64,000 nucleotides of DNA from a virus. The notes beneath the pieces were generated by a model. It was not told where the DNA came from. It did not search any database and saw nothing but the letters and a program-made list of their open reading frames with translations. The stretch is from IMG/VR virus record IMGVR_UViG_3300032053_000034, positions 17,376-81,375 of that record; one strand, written 5' to 3'. Both the position numbers and the translations under genes were made by a program. Below are positions 59,071 to 64,000 of the stretch, piece after piece (the first letter of the stretch is position 1; the number at the start of each line of letters is the position of its first letter).

Positions 59071-59634
59071 TTATTTGAAATTATCAATACTTACAACATA
59101 CTGAATACTATAATATGATGTCTTATTATTTACTATAGTGTAAACCATAGCTTGTCCTGTCACTAATTTTAATCCATTGATGGTTTCTATCTTGTTGATT
59201 GAGAAACTACTTTTAAGGGCAGGATTTACAGTAACACCATTTGGATTTACAGTTACTGAGTCAACATTTTTGAAAGAATTGGAATAAGGTTTAAGATGAA
59301 CAGCTCCGTAGCTTTTTAAAGATTCTACTGGATAATACCCATTTACTATATTATTCTGTATTTTATCAAATTCAACCTTATTGGCTGGAAGATAAATAAT
59401 TACAGGGTTATCAAAAACTCCAATAATCTCAACAGAATCACCAACAATTGTGTATGATTTTGTTAGGTATTTAGTTGGAGATACACCTGGAGGAAGAGTT
59501 ACATTGTAATCTTGTTTCCAAATTTTACCATAATCAACTTTATCTATTGATGGCTTTACTTCTTCTTTCTTGCCAGAGCAAGAAAATAGTAATGAGCCCC
59601 CAATAAGGAGACTCATTGTTAATAATCTTTTCAT
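59071..59634 (-). CDS. Lipoprotein
   Basis: Signal MKRLLTMSLLIGGSLLFS/C followed by SGKKEE. Confidence 0.75.
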   Translation of the reverse strand: MKRLLTMSLLIGGSLLFSCSGKKEEVKPSIDKVDYGKIWKQDYNVTLPPGVSPTKYLTKSYTIVGDSVEIIGVFDNPVIIYLPANKVEFDKIQNNIVNGYYPVESLKSYGAVHLKPYSNSFKNVDSVTVNPNGVTVNPALKSSFSINKIETINGLKLVTGQAMVYTIVNNKTSYYSIQYVVSIDNFK

Positions 59635-60147
59635 TTAGTCTTGTTTATTAAATTTGACATCACAAGCATCTAATATAACATATTGATGCTCTCCAAGTAT
59701 TCTTTTTTCTAAAAACTTAACTAAGTCAGAGGTTTTCATTTTTAGCATAAATGACTCAACTTCTTGTAGAAATTCATCACTGCTATTACTAACTACAATT
59801 GGTCTTTGATTTGGCCCAAGCAAACACAAATGATTATGTGATCTTGTGGTAGCCATGTGGTCAAGCCATTTGTGAGGATAGAAAATATCTTCATCATTAT
59901 CAATACCAGCATTGATAATTTCCTTCATGTCATAGATTCCCTGGTTAATTGCCTTGTACAATTTCTCAGCCTCTATTTGCTCCATGAAGATTTCATTTCT
60001 TTTGAAAGAGATGTATTTGTTTCTCATTTCAATCTGAAAGTTTGAGATAGTATTCATGTATGATACTAGCTTCTTCTTTTCCATTTCAGTGATATTAATG
60101 GTTCTTCCATTAACATTAATTCTACGTAGTGTTTTATTAGTGTTCAT
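59635..60147 (-). CDS. Hypothetical protein
   Basis: 170-aa ORF in a packed - strand array. Confidence 0.55.
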   Translation of the reverse strand: MNTNKTLRRINVNGRTINITEMEKKKLVSYMNTISNFQIEMRNKYISFKRNEIFMEQIEAEKLYKAINQGIYDMKEIINAGIDNDEDIFYPHKWLDHMATTRSHNHLCLLGPNQRPIVVSNSSDEFLQEVESFMLKMKTSDLVKFLEKRILGEHQYVILDACDVKFNKQD

Positions 60148-60159
60148 GATTTCATGATT

Positions 60160-60504
60160 TTAAATGTTCCTGCAATTAAGATTACTCACAATAAACTCAG
60201 CAAATGTATTTTGAACATTTACAGCTTCTTTTTCTGATAGATTAAGTGTACCAGCTAAGTGTCCCCAGCCTCTAATCAAAATTACATTCTGATTTTTGTT
60301 GGTCTTAATAATTCCACCTTCATTTATGAATGATAATTCTGGATTTGTAAGGCAACGATTTCCGTTAATGGCCATTATTAATTTTTCTTTGTTTTCTTTA
60401 CTAACATCTAGAAACTGAAACACAAATACTCCATTAGCATCATATACCCAATTAAAAGAACTATCTCTCAAAGGTAGTTTATACACTTCTTTCCAGTCTT
60501 TCAT
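60160..60504 (-). CDS. Hypothetical phage protein
   Basis: 114 aa; IRGWGHL.G.LNL motif. Confidence 0.6.
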   Translation of the reverse strand: MKDWKEVYKLPLRDSSFNWVYDANGVFVFQFLDVSKENKEKLIMAINGNRCLTNPELSFINEGGIIKTNKNQNVILIRGWGHLAGTLNLSEKEAVNVQNTFAEFIVSNLNCRNI

Positions 60505-60986
60505 TATTCCTTAATTACATCTACAATGGATAATCCTACACTCCAAAGAGACTGCTCAGTAATATCTATTACATCCTCATAATTAAGGGTTGGTAATAGT
60601 TTTTTAACAAACAGTTTAAACTCCGCTGGATTGTGATTATATATTTCCTGAAGTATATTTGCTTCTGAATTTGAAACAATTATCTCTTGCTTTCTCCTTA
60701 CACTTATAAGCTCCTTGCGCTCATAAATTGGCGGTTGCTTATCAATTGTAATAGATTCTTGGATCTTATCACAATTCAATAATAGCCTTTCATTGGTGAG
60801 TCTTAATTGCTCTGCCAGAGCTATATCATTAGATAACTCAGCATTTATAGCGCTAATCTCATTCTCCATAATCCAGCGTTGGATTTCTTTGAATAAGAAT
60901 ACTTTATATTTATGCTCTAGTCCTGTAATGATAGTTGGCTTACCTTTATGTGTGATTACTACCATTTTAAATTTCTCCTTTTTCAA
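60504..60986 (-). CDS. Hypothetical protein
   Basis: 160 aa, coupled to its neighbours. Confidence 0.55.
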   Translation of the reverse strand: MKKEKFKMVVITHKGKPTIITGLEHKYKVFLFKEIQRWIMENEISAINAELSNDIALAEQLRLTNERLLLNCDKIQESITIDKQPPIYERKELISVRRKQEIIVSNSEANILQEIYNHNPAEFKLFVKKLLPTLNYEDVIDITEQSLWSVGLSIVDVIKE

Positions 60987-61212
60987 TTAAACCCCCAAGA
61001 ATATCAAACATTCTTTCAATAGATATTACATACTCTACATTATAAAGAATGCTACCATCTTCTGCCATACAGATTAAACCATCTTCTTCATCAATGGTAA
61101 AATCTCCAAACATAACCTCTCCTTCATCATTGATACACAGAGTGGGAGATTCACCTACAAAATGTTCTTTTTCAACATTAATAAACAGGTGTCTGTATTC
61201 TAATATGTCCAT
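60967..61212 (-). CDS. Small acidic hypothetical protein
   Basis: 81 aa, strongly D/E-rich. Confidence 0.55.
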   Translation of the reverse strand: MDILEYRHLFINVEKEHFVGESPTLCINDEGEVMFGDFTIDEEDGLICMAEDGSILYNVEYVISIERMFDILGGLIEKGEI

Positions 61213-61442
61213 TACACTTGAGAATTTGGAAATACTTTTGGCCCTCTACCAATTGTTATTGGATTTGCTTCTTTAGCCAGGTCTTCAACATTATGATCAA
61301 TTCTGTGAAATTGATGACCACCAAGCCAAATTGTACATGTATTATCTGAATTTGGAATTGCAGATATAATGTCACTTTCATTAATCATAATTCTACTTTC
61401 TGAACCAGCAAGTTTTACTAATAACTTCTTCTTGGCACTCAT
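61212..61442 (-). CDS. Hypothetical protein
   Basis: 76 aa, TAATG-coupled. Confidence 0.55.
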   Translation of the reverse strand: MSAKKKLLVKLAGSESRIMINESDIISAIPNSDNTCTIWLGGHQFHRIDHNVEDLAKEANPITIGRGPKVFPNSQV

Positions 61443-61494
61443 AACTTAAGGATTTAAAGATTGAAAATAGGGACCATATTTCAGGCCCCATGTA

Positions 61495-61983
61495 TTATTC
61501 TGCAGGATTTGTGATGTTTTCTGCAGTTTGCTCAGTTAATAATGCATTTGAAAGCGCATTATATCCAGATGGTTTCTCTGGAGTTATTATTGGGTTTGAC
61601 GCACTAATAGCTGGCTTTGGCTCAGGCATTCTTGATACAATAGGAGAGTGAATAATGATTTTCCCATCTCTCAAGAACTTAGTTTCTACTAATTCATTGA
61701 AGAAGAATTGTTCTGATGTATCACCAATAACAACTGCAGTGTATTTAGACTGAAGGCGAACAGCACCATCTTCATCAACTAATTCATAAAGCTGAACATC
61801 TTTTGTAACAATAGCACCTGGGAATACAGAACTAATTGCGCAATTAAAGATTGATGGATAATCCATTAACCAAATGTTTGCATTAGTTTCTCTGATTGTT
61901 CTTGTGTCCATAAATCTAATGGTCACATATTCCTTTGCGTACTTGTCTATTTTTATTTCTGATTTTACTAATACTTGTAACAT
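61495..61983 (-). CDS. Hypothetical protein (possible OB-like beta fold)
   Basis: 162 aa; DKYAKEYVTIRF beta-rich N-terminus and Pro-rich tail. Confidence 0.5.
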   Translation of the reverse strand: MLQVLVKSEIKIDKYAKEYVTIRFMDTRTIRETNANIWLMDYPSIFNCAISSVFPGAIVTKDVQLYELVDEDGAVRLQSKYTAVVIGDTSEQFFFNELVETKFLRDGKIIIHSPIVSRMPEPKPAISASNPIITPEKPSGYNALSNALLTEQTAENITNPAE

Positions 61984-62016
61984 CCGATTATTATTTAAAG
62001 GGTTTAATTAAAGAGA

Positions 62017-62223
62017 CTACTCAGTCTCTTCTGGGCTTTGATATAAAAAGTAATTTTTCTTCCAATACTTATATGTTCTGTTTTCCCAAAACACATCTTC
62101 AGGCACTAACACACCATTACTCAATACAATATTATTTCCACTCATTGTTATTGGCCTTGGTAAAAATTTATGAACAATGAAGTATCCTTTTTTCATTGCC
62201 CTAATTGCTTGGCCTTTTGTCAT
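62017..62223 (-). CDS. Hypothetical phage protein
   Basis: 68 aa; MTK.QAI.AM..G start. Confidence 0.55.
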   Translation of the reverse strand: MTKGQAIRAMKKGYFIVHKFLPRPITMSGNNIVLSNGVLVPEDVFWENRTYKYWKKNYFLYQSPEETE

Positions 62224-62423
62224 TATTGCTCTCTTTGGCCTGGAGGGATTGGACCTCTTTTATTTTTGGAAACATCAATATTCATTGCATCTTCAAGAAT
62301 TGAATTTTTAGCTAATTCAAGATAACCAAGTCCTTCTGCAATTGATATTCCTCCTTTTTCAATTGATAATGAATATCCTAATTCATCATCTTCAACTATT
62401 AACTTAAGAAACTTTTTTGCCAT
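62223..62423 (-). CDS. Hypothetical protein
   Basis: 66 aa; E.LG.LE.AK motif. Confidence 0.55.
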   Translation of the reverse strand: MAKKFLKLIVEDDELGYSLSIEKGGISIAEGLGYLELAKNSILEDAMNIDVSKNKRGPIPPGQREQ

Positions 62424-62507
62424 TGTGTTTTAGATTTAAAGATTACATGATTTAACCCTCTGCATTCTCACTTGAGGCCATCCTTGGGAAATGACAATGA
62501 TGCATTA

Positions 62508-62543
62508 AAAAAGGGTCTACAATTTAATGCAGGCCCTTCTTTT
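62508..62543 (-). terminator. Probable terminator
   Basis: - strand AAGGGCCTGCA...TGTAGACCCTTTTTT after 62563..62985. Confidence 0.6.
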
Positions 62544-62562
62544 AGTATGTTTTATTGTTTGT

Positions 62563-62985
62563 TTATTTTAATAACACTGCTTCCATCTGTGAAGCCTCTT
62601 TCTCTTGCTTATCAGTCTTTTGTTTTGTTTTAGCCGTTGATGACTTGACTTTGCGCGCATTATTTCCAGTGTAGACAACTATTGTACCACTTGGATTGAT
62701 CCATGAGACTTTAATTCTTGCTCCAAGTTTAACAGCTTTACCATTAGTGAGCACCATACCATTAGCGGAAATAATACCATTTTTGATTTCTATTTTAGTA
62801 AGCTTTTTTGTCATAAGCTTAAGGGTGTCTCTCTGCGCATACATGACAACATTCTTTGTCATAAATACAGTATCTTTTGTGAATGGTTGTGGCTCTTTAC
62901 CTTTTGCTTGTGCAATAGAAACAGAGAATACAACTGACATTAAAATGAATGCCAAAGTGAATAGTGATTTGAATAGATTTTTCAT
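62563..62985 (-). CDS. Secreted/periplasmic basic protein
   Basis: Sec signal peptide ending AQA; beta-hairpin repeats (KNGII, ANGMV, TNGKA). Confidence 0.6.
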   Translation of the reverse strand: MKNLFKSLFTLAFILMSVVFSVSIAQAKGKEPQPFTKDTVFMTKNVVMYAQRDTLKLMTKKLTKIEIKNGIISANGMVLTNGKAVKLGARIKVSWINPSGTIVVYTGNNARKVKSSTAKTKQKTDKQEKEASQMEAVLLK

Positions 62986-63024
62986 TTGTTCTTTTTTAAA
63001 GATTACTTACTAACAAACTTTTTG

Positions 63025-63288
63025 TTAGTCATTATTAAGCCTAAAATCTTTGATTTCAGGAAATACACTCTTAATTAATACAGGAAGAGAAGGGAAGGCT
63101 TTTTCTTCTAGTACCGATTCAAACATAGCAGTGTGATACTCAATACTCAACTCTCCAACAGGAGTTTGCTTCTCGCTAGTAGAGTTATAAGTAACACCTT
63201 GATATGTAGCAATTCCTTTTATAATTGCTGATTTTGGCACATTATCCTTCATGAAGAATATTGTGTCTCCTAATTTAAACTTGCTCAT
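63025..63288 (-). CDS. Hypothetical protein (SH3/KOW-like start)
   Basis: KFKLGDTIFF N-terminus. Confidence 0.55.
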   Translation of the reverse strand: MSKFKLGDTIFFMKDNVPKSAIIKGIATYQGVTYNSTSEKQTPVGELSIEYHTAMFESVLEEKAFPSLPVLIKSVFPEIKDFRLNND

Positions 63289-63517
63289 TTGGATTTAACA
63301 GGTAAGACTTAAGCTCTATGATTATATTATTCCAGTATACAATTTGAGGAGCCAAGAGATATTCTTCTCTTATTAAATTACAGGATACAATAGCCGATGA
63401 TATAGCCATTATTCTTAACTCTTCATACTCCTCTTTACTATACACATAATCAATATTTCTTAGTGCATCATGATGCATTTTAAATATTGAATATGCTTTG
63501 TCTTTTGGTCTATTCAT
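63275..63517 (-). CDS. Hypothetical phage protein
   Basis: 80 aa; PKDKA...YW..I..EL. Confidence 0.55.
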   Translation of the reverse strand: MNRPKDKAYSIFKMHHDALRNIDYVYSKEEYEELRIMAISSAIVSCNLIREEYLLAPQIVYWNNIIIELKSYLLNPNEQV

Positions 63518-63732
63518 TATTCAACTGTTAAAATTTGACCAGTTTTTAACTTAAGAAACCTTTCATCTTTATCTGGAATGTGAAATCTTCCAGTCCTAAG
63601 ATTCATTGTGTTTTCATCAATAGTTTTAATACATATTAATGATGATTTATCAGATATAAGAATATCTCCAACATTAAATCTCGATAACTCTTTTGTTTCT
63701 TCTTGCTCTTTAATTTTCAAATATAAACCCAT
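63517..63732 (-). CDS. Hypothetical protein
   Basis: 71 aa, coupled. Confidence 0.5.
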   Translation of the reverse strand: MGLYLKIKEQEETKELSRFNVGDILISDKSSLICIKTIDENTMNLRTGRFHIPDKDERFLKLKTGQILTVE

Positions 63733-63734
63733 GA

Positions 63735-63941
63735 TTATTTATTTAAAAGTTCCTCAACCTTAATTGCAATAGATATTGGCAAGCGGTATCTTCTTTTGTC
63801 ACCATCAGACTCTTTGTAAACTGAGTTAGCATGAAATTCGCAGATAAGGTTCTTTAAAAGAGTAATGAGCTGGTCTTTTTCAACAACTACTGCACTTAAC
63901 TCCTCAATTTTATCAGATAATTCATGTTCTTGAGGTGTCAA
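63735..63941 (-). CDS. Hypothetical protein
   Basis: 68 aa with a coiled-coil start. Confidence 0.45.
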   Translation of the reverse strand: MTPQEHELSDKIEELSAVVVEKDQLITLLKNLICEFHANSVYKESDGDKRRYRLPISIAIKVEELLNK

Positions 63942-64000
63942 TAGTGTTCCAGGCTCACCTATTGATTGAAATGTTTGCTCTTGAACTGCATTAAAATATT

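Noticed and set aside
1-64000. Stop-codon reassignment (TAG or TGA), known in some crAss-like phages
   Set aside because: Genes up to 12.7 kb are open in the standard code, coding density is high, TAG (3176, 5131) and TGA (5606) end genes, and no suppressor tRNA was seen.

Overview
This window is about 64 kb of an AT-rich Crassvirales (crAss-like) phage genome, most likely infecting a Bacteroidota host. It uses the standard genetic code: TAA, TAG and TGA all end real genes. The + strand (1-38.3 kb) is the virion module: major capsid protein, ring/connector proteins, probable auxiliary capsid protein, IHF-like protein, muzzle/tail-stabilisation protein and cargo proteins. The cargo set includes a 4241-aa single-chain virion RNA polymerase (DFDID motif) with a zincin domain, followed by tail hub/fibre genes and a GT25 glycosyltransferase. 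A bidirectional terminator at ~38.35 kb separates this from the - strand arm. That arm carries a lysis cassette (GH19 endolysin, two holin-like genes, a unimolecular spanin candidate), nucleotide metabolism genes (ThyX, MazG-like), replication/recombination genes (primase, SSB, RecT-like, DnaB, SF2 helicase, RusA-like, Gp157), GroES, a HAD phosphatase and many small genes. The standout feature is an apparently complete phage-encoded ubiquitin-like conjugation cassette at 44.9-50.4 kb: Ubl with a masked C-terminal Gly, two Rho-N/HEH-like proteins, E2-like, JAB protease, ThiF/E1 and a coupled unknown gene. Other notable items are a protein with the clamp-binding motif QLDLF, two structured non-coding regions and a tRNA-like element with an aberrant anticodon arm. 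All calls come from reading motifs and gene order by eye; no database searches were run.
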